Part shown: positions 51,601-64,000 of the stretch, piece by piece
Layout: the number at the start of each line of letters is the position of its first letter
How positions within the stretch are numbered: the stretch's first letter is position 1
Source: Phoronis australis
Lineage: Eukaryota; Animalia; Phoronida
Length of the DNA stretch: 64,000 nucleotides
Direction: 5' to 3'
NCBI GenBank assembly: GCA_002633005.1
Contig: NMRA01000005.1
Coordinates: forward strand, 1,851,048 to 1,915,047
Translations under genes and position numbers: made by a program
The notes under the pieces: generated by a model
The model's database searches: none
Told to the model about the DNA's origin: nothing
What the model saw: the letters and a program-made list of their open reading frames with translations, nothing else

Positions 51601-54600
51601 AAAGATACATGTGGTCATGGATTCAATTCCACACTAGTTTTTGAAAGCCTACTTTTTGCTGAGATTGAACTTAGTATATTATAATAAGAAAGAACATTAT
51701 TAGTAAGCCACCTTACACCACATTGTAATCTGGATTTAAACCATGGTGAGTTTAAAAATAACCTTTGCGTAAATACTTTAAATTGTTATTATTGGGAATA
51801 TAAAGATATACGCCAATTTTAGATAATATAATGCAACTTGTTGAGCTACACTTTTTTTTATCACAGAGTGTGTCAGACATCTAACAGTTTAAGCCATACA
51901 AGCTACACATAATTCCAGATATTATTCGCAGGGCAGGTAATCAGAACGTTCCAGCTACAATGCTTTGCCTCAAAGATGCTTTCTGCTAATAAGCAACTGT
52001 GAGATCACTAAAACGATTTAGTGGAGTGCAACAGCTGCTGCCAATTGTCCCACAAAATGTTGTTAACTGCGTGTATTTACATGATAACACAACATACAAC
52101 ATGATGCCACAACATACAGTGCGTGAGGTGTAGCACAAGGCCTTTACTTTTATGACATTCTCCGCAATTCGGCATACTATGTAAAGAGGGAGTTCTCAAC
52201 ACGTCGGATTTTGTACTTTTATGTTGTTGTACTATCTTTATGAGCTGCCCCCCATCATGTTTTTTTTATGTTGAAGTATATTTTATATTTTTCCACTGAT
52301 CTTATTCATGACAATAGCAATAAATGACATTTCATTGCCTTATGTGCGTCCTGTTTCCCCATCTGAGAACGTTGCCTCATGAACCCACTTAACAGGCTTT
52401 CTTCCTTTTTATCAGATGTAAATGAGTCGGGTATATATAGTTTTCACTTCGAAAATGCCATTACGGACTCAAAGTATGTTTGATAAAGAATTGAAAACGG
52501 AATATATATATATATTTGTCTGTCCTTGTCTTTTTATTTAGCTTTACTTTTATTATTAGTTATAACAGCTCTAGACTTTTAGATAATATCATTATCGTTG
52601 TTGTCATGTTGTGGCATCCAAGTGAGGGACAATGCTTTGCTGAGCATACCAACTGCATCTGACTAAGGGAACACTGAAAACCTGCAGTGGACCTTTTGTG
52701 TGCAAATACACAATGGAGTGCTATATGGTGATAACACTTACCTGACTGATTCACTTACCTGGAGGCAACTATTGGCCTGTGACAACACAAACTCTATTTA
52801 ACTGTGTCTCAATGGCAATTAGTGTCATGCCCCTGTTGCTTTAGTTCTGTTGAAGATTCGACCTTTTCTATTTTGAACCCGTGACCTTGAGTCAATAGTT
52901 GCTGAACTTGGGGGTAACTTCTAGTAAAAATGGGTGTGATTTTCGACTGTCAATTTTTCTCTACTCTCATTTACTGATAGTCACCATCCTTCAGGTTATG
53001 TAAGACCCTAGTAAAAATGTCCAAGTCTGGCTAAGTTCAGAGCATCCTATCTGAGAAACGTCTGATTGGATTGATATCAAACTTTCAGGTATTATGCTTT
53101 ATGCACTATTCTCCAAAATGCTACTAGCATTTTTTTTAAAATGTTCCAACTTTGCGTGAAGGGATATAAAGATAGGACTTTGTGATTTTTAAGAAGAAAC
53201 TGAAGTCACATGAAACAAAAACGAAATGACATTTTGAAAACCGCAGCAGCTTTTATGACACCTCATCTTGAACATTTGTGTCAAAATTAATCATGTTATT
53301 GACAATTTTTGTTTTTCTATCAAAAATAAAATTCTATAGGCTTTTTACTTTCAGAAAATATGTACTTTTATTGGCAAAGTTGAAAATAATGTATAGTGTT
53401 GTAACTATTTGGCTAACTGGGAAAACGACAAGAAAACATCTGTATCTGCATACATACACACATGCACACTTGTGGTGGGGGTCATTTACAACTCAAAAAT
53501 AAACTGCCTAAAAACAAAAGTACCATAGGGGCCAATCTAAGTCCCTTTTAAAGTATGTCAAATAGGGAGTCTTGTTTTTAAGAGGCTGTTGATAAGTAAT
53601 AGAAATTTTTCCTAGACACACCATTAGATGATTACGTCGTGTGCTTCAATCTTTTCAAAAAATTTATCTAAATTTGAAAGCTCTAGTAAAGAGCTTCTAG
53701 TTTTGTTTATGAGTCAATCATTAACTGAAATCTAAAAAGACCTTGTTAAATCACTGACAGCTCTGATACAGATGGGTAATGTCCTCTGGTTCATAGATTT
53801 GTATCATGACACAAGTTTATTGTGTGCAAGAAAATTGTATATTAATGTACAATTGTTTATGCTTCAATGAAAATGTCTCTGTTTACTCAATTTGCTTTTG
53901 ATTTTAACTCTTAACTGTACAACATATACGTAAGCATTTAGTGTTGAAGCGTAGTCTGCCTCTTGTCTGAATGTATTAGAGTGATCAAAATAATATTACC
54001 AGATGTGATAACAATTATTGATTTCTGGTGTTTAATTTCAATATACAACATAAATCTATTTCATGAAATGCTTGTTAATCTATAAATAATCATCTCTTAT
54101 TTTACACCTCCCATTTTGTGATTAAACAAGCATGGTGCTTGTTATAGTTGTGAAAGTGTACTGAATTAGAACACAGTGTTGTAGACAAACGGATTAGTAG
54201 CACAAAATATATGCTATCATTCTCATGCTCTACATCATAGCTGCCAGCAGACAATGTTTTCAAAAATTAGGGGCATTCAAAATAGTATTAGAAGCCCTTG
54301 AAAAAAAGGTCAATTTTAGACATTATTTTCATTTGAAATGAATGAGGTTTTAACGTTATTCCTTAGCTGGCTAAAAACAAAAATGGAATTAGACATTTCA
54401 CTCTCATCAAGTCAGTTTCATGATACTCCTTATCTTGGCAACGGAAACGGTTTCGTGTCATGGTAAGGATTTCATAAGACAGGACTGATGAGCGCGAAAG
54501 GTCTTGTATTTTGATTTTCAAACCAACAGAACAGGATGATATGCAACTTTAAGGTTTTGTAATACAACCTTATCAGCAAGTCTGCATTACGCCAAACATC

Positions 54601-57600
54601 TACAAAACTATAAAACCATAGAATTTAATTCTGCAAAAGTGCGTACCTTCTCAGAGTAGAAAGCATGTAGAATTTGAATTTTGACATGGTGCCAATGTAC
54701 CAATTATTAGGTCGTGTGACCATGTCTCTTTAATTAAATTTAGCAAAAAGGAAAGGTGCATTGGCAGCCAAACAACGGTATCAAAAATGTCCAAATTTTG
54801 TTTCGATATAAACAACCTACATGTAGATAAACTCTCAAACGCCATTTCAGTTTTCTAACTTATCACTTTGATTTAGATTTTTTATTTTTTTATAAAAACT
54901 TTTAGGTCTTATTTTTTATTTCCCTTCATACAAAAATGGAGCATTTTAAAAGCAAGCGACTACTTGTTTCAAAGAATGCTGACTAAAGCATACTTTCTGA
55001 AAGTTTCATGTCATGAGTCTGATCAGCCATTTTAGAAGTATAATGTTCCCAAGTTGGCCAAATTTTGGACACTTTTCTAGGATCCTTTGAATTTAAAAAA
55101 TAATCTTTAAATTGTGGTTCCATGCCAGTCATGACGTTCAAGGCAGTTTGCCATTAAGAACTGTGGTGAAATTTATGTTGTCCCAAGTTATAAAAATGAA
55201 AAGGCTTTGAATAAGGTAAGTACTCATCTCGTACTTAAAAAATAGTCAAAATGCTGCTTTTTTCTAGCGTCTACCAGTATCCCACTTTGATGAGATGATA
55301 TTTTATTAACACATTTTTACAACAGATTGTGTTTATTTCTTCAGGGTCGTGAACTTATCACGGGTAAGCCAGGGCAGAATCCAGAGTTTTTCCGCCTCCA
55401 TATAAACCAGTACAGATGCGTGGAGACCATTACGGCGCTGGCCAAGAAGGTAACGGCATTCTCGGGAAATTAAATGTTTTATTGGATTGCATTCATACTT
55501 GCTGAATTTAATTGACCGTGAATTTTAGCCTGTGTTCCTGTATCTGAATCTACACCTATCATCAAATTCAGAAACACTGGACATTGTATAAATATGAAAC
55601 TTTTCAGTAACATTAATGAGTAAGTTTAAAGGACTGTGTGGGAATGTTTAATTGATCATTGCTGAAAACATTCAACTTAAGACATGCACTTACACTAAAG
55701 AAGCCCGTCTGCTCCTATCTTTTGTCAGATTATGCATTTCCGTACAAGTGCATGAGTTTTAATAGGTGTTTGTAGGTTAATATGAGATGTGCATGAAATT
55801 CGATGCAAAAACAGTCTAATCACTTAATATCTTTGTACTTATTTTGCAAAATTGAATGAAAGTATTTGTCGAAAGAGCTTAGAATTCCTGTTTGCCTGTA
55901 AAATTGGATTGTTCAGCAATATTGCAAACTTTACATTTTTGGTATAATTGTGCTGAAAATTATTTGATTTTTTGAATTTCAAAAATTGTGCAGTGTTTTC
56001 TCAATCAATTTCACGTGCATGCTATGCAATTAGTTTGTTTAAGGGTATAAGTAATTTTTTCTGATCAGAAAATGATGTAAATAAGAGATAACATTTCTGC
56101 CCAGAAACAGAATTAACATATCTGGCCAATCTATACCTTCAACCAAACATCTATAAAGTTATTCAAGTGAACTCTGTGAAAGTAAAGTTTTGTAGAAGTT
56201 AATTTTTTACTTTGTATCTCAGACAGATTTTTGAGAGAACAGTGTGGCTTGCATAAATCACAATTATATCTGAAAATTTCGTTGGCCAAATGTTGACATT
56301 ATTTGTAAGACTACTCGTCAACTTAAGTAAGTTGTCACTTGCCTTCTGTCACTTGGAGTCTCTCTGTTGTCTTTTCAGGGTATCCCGTCCAGTAACTTGA
56401 TCTGTCTATACAATTTACATGAGCGTTATCTCAACAATCTATTGTCTCGAGTTGATGAAGGCTTGGTAACTGATCTATATAGGTAGGTTCATCGCTTGCA
56501 ATTGGCCAATCACGACAACGGATAGGTTTCTATGGAAATGCTCAATCATCAAAAGGTTTTCCCTATTAATTATTGAGTCTCTATTAGTATATTACTTCTT
56601 TGATTTAAAATTAACTTTGCTTCTAGACTTGAAGTCCAATACCCCATTTTTCATTTCATTAGGTTATCTCCTATTCAACTAATAAATTCACCAAATTCTT
56701 TAGGGGTAGTTGGATCATTAAGATAAAAGTTCTTGTGGGGCTGTTATGTACACAAGCCAGCTTATTGTGTTAGGGGGTGCATGCAGTGTTGTTTGCCTAC
56801 AGTCACCAATCTGTTTCCCAGACCCCAGTCAACAGATGTTGGTGATAAAAGTGAACATCACTGTGATCAGTGCTATTCAAATCCCAGCTGGTGAGAATCA
56901 TTCAAAGTTACCATCAGGGATACGGAGGTGTAGCGCCCCCTGTTGTGAAGCCTGATTTGGGGCTCTGTTGTTTTTGAAAATATCAACATAACAAAAGTGG
57001 ATAAATTGATTTTGATGTTAAAAAATTAAAAATAGCTACTTTTACAAAATTGGAAACGTTAGTGGAAGTGAATATAAATATAAATTATGATCAGTAAAAT
57101 ATATAGGAAATTAAAGTATGATATGTCTGATAGATATAAAAGTCACATTTTATCATTTTTCGTTTAGCAAGGGTAACTTATGATTTCATCTTATTCTACT
57201 CTGTCCATTAATGTAAAAATAAGTACTAGTCACTTGTTGGGATCCCCACATGTTGAGAACCACCATCTCCACTAAATAACGGGCATCAAACTGGTTCTCA
57301 AAATCCAGGCCTCCTATAAGTGGCTATGGCTGCTGTTAAATCAAGATTGAAACAAACCTTATGTTTTTGTTTATTTAGGTTTTTTTGAAATATTCATTCA
57401 GGCATACTCATAAACAAGCTGTGGAATATATACAAACAATTATCTACTTCCCCAGTCACTCACATTCAGGCTGGGCCACATAACATTTTTCACTCTTCTG
57501 TTTACTGAGCTTGGTACAATAGTGTATAGATATCAACTACTAGCTGTACTTAAACATTGATTACACATTTCTTAATTTCTGTCTAAAATCTGTTTACCAG

Positions 57601-60600
57601 CCACACTAACAAGCAACAAATGCAATAAAATACAATACTGTAAACTTTTGGAATAGTATTCACTACTGATATAATTTTAAACACTGCTTTTCTATAAGAT
57701 ATAAAACAGAACCCGGATATTTTCAATTAAAACACAAACTATGTAGAGTTTTTTTTTCAACTTTGAAACAGTCGCCTTGTTGAATATGAAATGAATACAT
57801 ACCTGAAAGACACTTGCATGCGGTACTACTAATCTGTTCTCCAATCAATATGCCTTCAGCGTGCTGACCTCTCGAGGAGATTATGTTGTTTCACTTCCTA
57901 CACTTAATATCCATTAACTAATGAAGCACCCATTAACTTATTTGTTTATAATTCTTATCAAGCAGCATAGGTTAATATCAAAATTTATCTAATGCTGTTT
58001 TGTTACATAAACATTGCACCTTCTGTGTAAACTTTTTGTCAAGGAAACTGTTTTGCTGCTGCTTTAATTAACTCCTTATTATTAGTATTTTTGTTTTTTT
58101 ATGCATGAATTGTAGTGTTCCCACAGTGCATCATGCTACTTGCGACTTTCTGAATGAATGTGTATAAATCACAACATTAAGGAAAATAGTGTGTTACTGA
58201 ATAATTACCCTTGATATTAAATGTTAAATATTAAAATATTTCCCATCTCGGGATCATGTTTGCCATTGAACTCAGTTGGTAGATCAGTGCGATGACAGAA
58301 TGTATAGAATTTGGGACTTGGTGGATATGACATAGAACTCTATGAATGACAAGAATAGATATGGGAAATAATAATGACCAGATATGAGAAATAATATTGA
58401 CCAGATATGGGAAATAATACTGACCAGATATGGGAAATAATACTGACCAGATATGGGAAATAATACTGACCAGATATGGGAAATAATACTGACCAGATAT
58501 GGGAAATAATACTGACCATGTCCTCTAGGGGTCTCATCATTCAGCTTGAGCTCTAACTGGTTTTATTACACTTTCTGCGCCACAAACTTGTGCTTGAGAG
58601 CTCTAGGATAATTTGCATGCATTTACAAGTAGAGAGTGCAGGGGCTGAACATGATTGGACTCATTTTAATGTAGAGATCTTCTGTGAAAAAGTCACCCTA
58701 TCGTTAGCTTTTAGTATCAGGAAGACCACTCTTTTGTAGGGATTAGTTCCTTAAATCTGATCCTTTTCCAGAGATTCTTGGACAGCTGCATTTTTAATAC
58801 ATGAGAATACAAATTATGGGCAATGCTACCTGGCTTACTGTTTCCTAACAATGATAAGCCCAGTCGCCACTCTTTCAATTTTAAGTCCATCCATTCACCT
58901 GTTACATGTGATTTGCACACAAAGGCTTTTTGCAAGGTGTAACGGTCACCCCGTTGCATCTGACATCGTAAGAAGTTTATTGGCAATGAGTGATCTGGAA
59001 TACTCCACCGTTTTATTAGCAAATTGCGGTGGTAACCACATTCTAAATTTCTGCAAACATTTTCCCAGAACATGGAAAGTAAAAGGTTCATATAGAAACA
59101 GTAGAAGTTTACCATTTGCAAGTTTGCTTCCTGAACTTGTTGCACATTCATGGCTGGCTTAGGCTTCTTGAGCTCAATATTGGGAGAGACTGTGATCATG
59201 AGTCGGGTGATTTAGCCATTACAAGTACACAGGCTATTGCATAAGTTCAAGTTACTATAACAAAGGTGTATGCCAATTAAGACATTGAGAAATTTATGTG
59301 TCAAAACACTAAAAAACCTAGGAGTTGTACTGAAAGCCTGAAACTGCACAAGAAGAGATTACATATTGTCATTGGGCATTACCTCTCATTTGCCAACCTG
59401 CTACTATGAAATCAGTGTTACGGGTTGGTATTACAGTAGGCACTTATTAAATTACCTCAAATTCAGTACCTAGACTTTTATAACTGTCTCATTGGGGGGA
59501 TTAGAAAACAGAGATGTGTGTTGGTGGTAACTGTTGCTTGTTTGTGGCAACATAATTTCCCACCCACTAAAAATTGAACTTTTTTGATAGTTTGAACATT
59601 AAAAATTTGGTAAACTACAACAGAAGAAAAGAGAAATAATGCGCAATGCAACTATTGTTTCTGTGCTGACATGAACCAACCTATATCTGTAACCTACCTG
59701 AGCAACACAATGACAGCTTGTGTACACCATGGCTTACCAGAGTGATCTGAATACGGCATTAGAAATCTCGGAAATTTGAATGGGGGAGCACTTCGTGTCA
59801 AAAGCAAGTACATTTTTTGCCATGGAACTTTGAAAATATAATAAAAACCCTTTTGTAGAATTTTGTATTCAGCAAGTGGACCTTTTTGTAGTGTTTTGAA
59901 TTCATAAAAGAATTCTTTTTGTAAGGAGAGAAAGGCACCATTGGTGGGAAATTTTGTTCAAATTCTTTTTGTAAGAAAATTATCACCATCCTGAGTGGCA
60001 CACATCCCGTATCCCCGTTTTACCCAGGTGTAGCTATTGCTGACGGATAATCAAAACCTTGACTATGTAATTATCTTGTGTTGGAGTAACACGTAAACTA
60101 TGAGAAATACAAGCATTTTCTAGAACTGGATTTTCTTAGTGTTTGATTTTGAGGTCAAGCCTGTTTCCATGTTTTGTAAATTTCAGAAAACTAAACCATA
60201 AAGTCACACTTCCATTAAGTTAGTTGAAGCAGATTGATTTCAATTGTTGATGTTGTATACAGTCATTAAAAACCTATCTATTTAATTTAAAGTTGCCGTG
60301 CATTGCTAGACAATTGGCATTTAATGCATTCCCTGCTGGTTTTAAGTAACAAAGTCCTCAGTGGGAATTGTTTATGAATTTTGAAGTTTAAAGCAATTGC
60401 ATATTATATGAAATTGTAACATGTATCTTTGGTTGACATTTCTTTTTAATTCATCAAGACATTTTATAAACTTTTCCCAGATGCATTTTTTACATCACGT
60501 AACACATTTCTAAATTAATAAGACCAACGATTGATTCAACTCAGTTTAATCCCATTAAATTATTGATTAATCCAGGCATTATAATTGGAAACTGCTGGTG

Positions 60601-63300
60601 TGTGCATTTTCCTTAATTGTTCCTTACCTACATCTTAGAGTTTGCAAAGTGTTTCAATTGTGTGGAAAAGTCGTCTGCTATGGCAGTCTTCCATACTTAC
60701 ATAACCAGCGTTAACTTATTTTTTCATCCATTAATTATAAATGATTGAATCCTAACTAATTAAATGTAGACTCGTAAATGACACTTCACCATAGGTTAGC
60801 CCTTAAGTGATTGATTTGGACATCCCTTTAAGGGGTTGATTTGACCACCCCTTAAGTGATTGATTTGGACACCCCTTTAAGGGATTGATTTGACCACCCC
60901 TTAAGTGACTGATTAACTTTAAGAGCCATGATGATAATCATTTGTTACTTGAAATGTTGTTACTTTATTTTGCTAAGCATTTCTCATTACCTCCATCTAG
61001 AATATGGTAACACAATGAAGGTATAAACCATTGTTAATAAGAGACACAGATCTTCACAACATCTTCTTAAATATTTGTCAGCACTTGAAACACTGTATTT
61101 TGCAATAATATTGCTTGAGGTTACAGAACCTTATGTGCTAAAAATTCTGGTAACCTTGTTTTTCCTACAAAATCAATTTTTCATATGTGATCGTTCTGCA
61201 TAAAATTTGCAAATTCTGGTTCTTCTCCGAGTAGCTAATGAATGGTGACTGAGATGCCTATCAATGCCTTTTAGCCAGACAACTCACCTGTCAAAATTGA
61301 AAACCTCTGAAGAATGGTGAAGTCATTATGTCTTAGTGCCAATTTCTCTGGCTGCAAGATCTGCGTAGTGAATCTCAGTCCCTACTTGTAGTTCGTAATA
61401 CATTATTTGAAAACCAGTTCTGTGCAACAATTTTTAGATTTGTGGAAGTTATGGCGTTCTCCACAAAAAATTACCATTTTGTGACTAGGAGCAACTTTCA
61501 GTGTCTGTGCAACATTTTTATGCAATGTAAAATGCTTCTCCATCGAAGATTTGATAGTTTCATAGGCTGGCAACAGGTATCTGAAACTATTAGAACTGTG
61601 ATCCTAACTAATCCAAACGTTCGTTTACCTTTAAAGTTGGTCTCCTTCTATGTTTCAGTTTCCTGGAAGAGACTTGGGCTCTGGCCATCTTCCATGACAG
61701 GTTCCCGGACTTCAGAGAGGAAGTTCGCGAGTTGTTAGTTACTAGACCAGTAAGTATAGTCACCCTACTCATGCCACATATAGCGAATCACATTACCCTC
61801 ATCACATTACCCTCATGTTGCTATGACCTCATTTTTATTAATTTCTTTTCTGTATACGCGTTAATATCCAAAGTTAATTAGTTCTCAGTTTGCTTTCTCT
61901 TATGCCAAATGCAGCTGGTGAAAAGAAAGGTGTCAAAGCTCATCAAAATTAGTCCAGCTTTGTCAAAGTTTTATCGTAAATCTTGAAGGAATTCAGAAGC
62001 AAAATGAACTGATAACTATTTTCTTAGTGTTTGGAGCAATAATCAAAACTTTACAACCTTTTGCTGTTGAAAACAGAAGTGACGACAATTCTCTTGCATA
62101 ACTCAAAAATGAATTTAAATGAGATATCCTAGCACACGATTGTTTCTCTAAGTATTGATGACTAATTACTACAAAAGCTTTGAAAACTGACTGATTGCAA
62201 AGAAATACTAGGCAAAGCTTCACGAACCGAGATAAACTTGATTGAAGTTAAATTATCTGGCAGCTCTGTTTGGCTAAGTTACGCAATATGTTTCATTAAA
62301 ACAAATTGTTTTTCTGCTGTAAATCAAATGACCAGATACTTGATGAATGCTTACAATCTCAGCCTGTTAACAACTTAAATGTATTTTTGTCATTTTTTGT
62401 TACAAAATGTGGCCTATTAAAACTGGCTAATCAGTGGGCTAAGCTTATAAACGGTTCATTGTCCAGACTCACTACATATTGTGGAATAACTGTCCACTTC
62501 CTTTACGCCAGGTCATGGCTACAAGTCCCGCTGGGGTGCACACTAGACTTTTGAGTCAGGTCTCTAGCTCCTTAGCTTGGTTTTTAAAAGATATATTGTT
62601 GATAAAGTATAAAGATGGTTCTAAGTGATCAGTGCAACGAGCCCACCATAGCGGTCTGTGCACTTGTGGTACAATGTGCATCAGAGTGCCTGCAATTATT
62701 TTTTTATTGGTGGAAAGCTTATCCTTAGTCTCCACATGGTGCCTAGGGGGTGCATAAGGCCTCTGGCTACTGTATTTATAGGTTTGCAGTTTATAGTCAA
62801 ATAATCCTTAAATCTTAAGCATTATGGCTCAGAACAATATCCTGGTCACAGGTTTCAAAATATATGCAAAATGGTCCAGAAGGAGAACTGCATGCTCTCG
62901 CCTCGTAGCGGGATTGAGTCACAAACTTGCTAAGACAGGAACTGGGTCAGGTGCTCTCGTAAAATTTAATCTGCTGACTTTGAAACAGAACCTTGGTAGA
63001 TGGGTTACCTGGTGGCGGTTTTCATTTCATTGTTCATACACTGTACGTGGCCGTGTAACGTGAATGATTTGCAAATTTCCTTGACACGATTACCAGAAAC
63101 CAAGGAACTCGTATAGAATGTTGGGAATATTTCTGGCAAATTTTTTTTTGCATTATTTTCAAAGTAGGTAACAACGTCAAGGCGAAATGTAGCTTTAAAT
63201 AATGTGCAGTGTTTGTAACATTGACTTTCCTTTCTTTTAGGCTGCTAACCAAGAGGCACTGGAGGAAAAGATCCGCACAATGATTGAGGAAGATTTGACA
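21675..63300 (+). CDS. CFAP61: Cilia- and flagella-associated protein 61 (C20orf26; calmodulin- and spoke-associated complex), 27 coding exons in the window, 3'-incomplete
   Basis: Coding exons: 21675-21808, 22317-22612, 23852-23978, 24778-24910, 25167-25323, 25781-25912, 26107-26276, 27115-27260, 27593-27701, 28271-28341, 28584-28710, 29118-29333, 29916-29984, 30496-30752, 31148-31246, 32557-32643, 33539-33789, 34313-34440, 35619-35795, 37746-37794, 39107-39276, 46799-46922, 50174-50250, 55345-55449, 56379-56482, 61659-61749, 63241-63300. Total 3666 nt = 1222 codons, all GT-AG, phases consistent. Recognised motifs: [92 protein letters not shown] (Rossmann-like), ACLVFDGRLVID, FDPTLEP, WALAIFHDRF. 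The expected C-terminal exon was not found before 64000. Confidence 0.94.
26687..26826. repeat. Small hairpin repeat family (AAGAACTGACAGTT core); related copy near 21322-21430
   Basis: TTTCAGGGTTTGCAAAGAACTGACAGTTTGTT pairs with AACAAACTGCCATATCTTTGGAAGCCCTGAAA. The same core with an inverted partner occurs at 21328-21424. Confidence 0.5.
32871..33181. repeat. Minisatellite, 39-45-bp unit, about 7 copies
   Basis: Unit GTAGTACATTGTGTGAACTATCTAGTAAATAAAGTTACT, with an optional GTTA/GTTAGT insert. Confidence 0.9.
39441..41745 (+). mobile_element. HINE/DINE-1-like (Helentron-associated) non-autonomous element carrying an internal diverged tandem array
   Basis: 5' subterminal repeat ATGCGCCCAC (39445-39454) with a nearby inverted copy GTGGATGCAT (39465-39474), followed by a short TCCG/TCTG microsatellite. 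Internal subunits of about 150 bp (CCCCTAGTGGC motif) are organised in units of about 450 bp. A 3' inverted copy GTGGGTGCAT (41711-41720) is followed by a small hairpin and CTTGTTT. Both flanks are T-rich. Confidence 0.65.
40587..41131. mobile_element. MITE nested in the HINE-like array, 545 bp
   Basis: TIRs ATTACAGCGTTTTCCCGTT and AACGGGAAAACGCTGTCAT (18 of 19 match), GTC on both flanks. Removing it restores CTTCAAAAGTCCTCAAC, matching the other array units. Confidence 0.8.
42473..42557. repeat. Small palindromic dispersed repeat (MITE relic); related copies near 38345-38421 and 57239-57315
   Basis: CAGGGTTCTCAGATTTTGAGAACCAGTTT...AAACTCGTTCTCAAAATGCGGTACCCCTG. The motif AATAAC..GCATCAAACTGGTTCTCA.AAT recurs at the other two sites. 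Confidence 0.55.
44526..44531 (-). terminator. Candidate polyadenylation signal of the nested GPCR
   Basis: AATAAA on the - strand about 100 nt after the stop codon; more distal signals are also possible. Confidence 0.35.
44631..46052 (-). CDS. Adenosine receptor-like class A GPCR (A2/invertebrate AdoR type), 473 aa, single coding exon, nested antisense in a CFAP61 intron
   Basis: Seven hydrophobic segments with adenosine-receptor signatures: VELIIALVSIVGN, SLAAADLLVGLVAIPFAI, CLFMNSMVVILTQISIFALLLIAIER, PMFGWN, YMVYFNFFGCVLTPL, ELRAAKSL, FALCWLPLHTLN, LSHANSAINPLLYA. A splice acceptor (ttttcag) defines an exon start at 46128, 76 nt upstream of the ATG. The subtype cannot be assigned without a phylogeny. 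Confidence 0.93.
   Translation of the reverse strand: MENVQCSNGSCGDLSNKTNGTYDDANREQDILSTINMAVELIIALVSIVGNFFVLYAIAKNRFLQRVTNFYIASLAAADLLVGLVAIPFAIIVDKNVTTDFYTCLFMNSMVVILTQISIFALLLIAIERCAAIRDPYTYHKVWTKRRSFVLISITWTIATLLGMVPMFGWNLTPVQPVCYFVAIIDMKYMVYFNFFGCVLTPLVIMFVIYSYIFCVVVKHTRRIAVLHIGANTTHAEQRRKRFYKELRAAKSLFTILLFFALCWLPLHTLNAITVLCKDCQYPFPLLLCAIWLSHANSAINPLLYAWATKDFRFAFKKAAGMKVTSDDYPDTLINNTVNDNHTLPGSKGGGTNGGNDSQEKAGNGYKEKTWKGKSKNCMDETKGNIGTASGSSHRTAVMRPTNGYCKQETAANQGPINGSCDTTVTNKPRADRKLSPAQGSTNIVRHDMFCTQYVNKTSSATVYNDEVMITHL
47774..50137. mobile_element. Non-autonomous DNA transposon, Tc1/mariner superfamily (pogo/Tc2-like CCGTA termini), 2364 bp
   Basis: TIRs CCGTAATCGTTCGGGTTAACGCCC and GGGCGTTAACCCGAAAGATTACGG (23 of 24 match), flanked by TA on both sides. 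Subterminal reiterated (C/G)GTTAA(C/G)CGCCC motifs at both ends. CpG-rich interior with no recognisable transposase ORF. Confidence 0.82.
58357..58518. repeat. Minisatellite, 23-bp unit, about 7 copies
   Basis: Unit GACCAGATATGGGAAATAATACT. Confidence 0.92.
60800..60914. repeat. 49-bp tandem repeat (two related subunits of about 25 bp), about 2.3 copies
   Basis: CCTTAAGTGA starts at 60801, 60850 and 60899. The subunits share CC.TTAAG...TTGATTTG. Confidence 0.85.
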
Positions 63301-64000
63301 GTAAGTTTGGACACGTTCTGGGTTGCAGTCCGTAGATGCAAGAAGCTTGACAGAAGCGCAAGTCACACACGCGTTTGTGATGCATATCGACATGCATTAA
63401 AAGTGAAGCACCTGATAACACTGGCTTTATTCGCGAGTGTCTGGCGTCTACGGAACGCAGCCCTGGGTGGTCGATTTCATGCATCATGGTGAATTTATTG
63501 GAAGTCACTAAATTTGTTAGTGGAGGTTGCTTGATTTCAAATTTGAATTTGTGTTGGAGGTTGCTAGGTGTTACACTTTTGTTTTGCTAGAAGTTGTGAA
63601 ACTCATTTAGTGATCATAAATATTAAACGGCTTAGTTTATTAGCTGTGTTCATGGTTCATTTCTTTATTAGTTCACTTTAATAAAATATGAGATTCCAGA
63701 CAGATTTCAGGTCTCAATAATATATATGAGGGTGAAAGTGGTAACGCAGTGGTTGAGTGCTTGCCAATGGTAATTATGTATGAGGGACTGATTTCTTACA
63801 CATATTATCTGTACGCTCTACTTGACTGATGTGAAAATGAGTACTGGGGTGGGGTTGTGTATGCCTGTGCAATATAACCAATAGAGGGAGTAGGAGCATC
63901 TTGACATCAACCCTTCTTACTTACAATGGCACAAACTAAAGGTGGTTGTAAAATTCTTTTTAATGATTAATGGACAAGCATGGCAATTAAAGCACCATGC

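Noticed and set aside
58340-58540. 66-aa ORF with repeating peptide
   Set aside because: It is simply the translation of the 23-bp minisatellite.
58717-59199. 160-aa - strand ORF as a second nested gene
   Set aside because: No recognisable motifs or clear splice structure; this length can occur by chance in 64 kb. BLASTP or RNA-seq would be needed.
63301-63492. Read-through of the 63241-63300 exon as the CFAP61 terminal exon
   Set aside because: There is a strong GTAAGT donor at 63301 and the read-through peptide does not resemble the conserved CFAP61 C-terminus, so the true last exon is probably beyond the window.

Overview
AT-rich, intron-rich animal genomic DNA, probably from a marine invertebrate; the species cannot be fixed from the sequence. 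I reconstructed three protein-coding genes by hand, with exon phases checked. (1) A complete 15-exon CRNKL1/crooked-neck splicing factor on the - strand (5716-19575, 683 aa), whose intron 6 is a U12-type AT-AC intron. (2) Head-to-head with it, CFAP61 on the + strand (ATG 21675; 27 coding exons and 1222 codons up to 63300, last exon(s) beyond the window). (3) An adenosine-receptor GPCR with an intronless CDS (44631-46052, - strand) nested antisense in a 7.5-kb CFAP61 intron. The most unusual element is a young 546-bp miniature LTR retrotransposon (20045-20590) beside the shared promoter. Its 152-bp LTRs each carry a tRNA-like Pol III A/B-box module, and it has a tRNA-Ser-type PBS, a PPT and a 4-bp TSD, which fits the Helenus/Cassandra-like class. 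Other repeats: a 580-bp foldback palindrome in CRNKL1 intron 1, a 2.4-kb CCGTA-ended non-autonomous DNA transposon, a HINE-like element with a 150/450-bp internal array and a nested MITE, several small MITEs and minisatellites. Family names come from my recall of conserved sequences; no database search was run.
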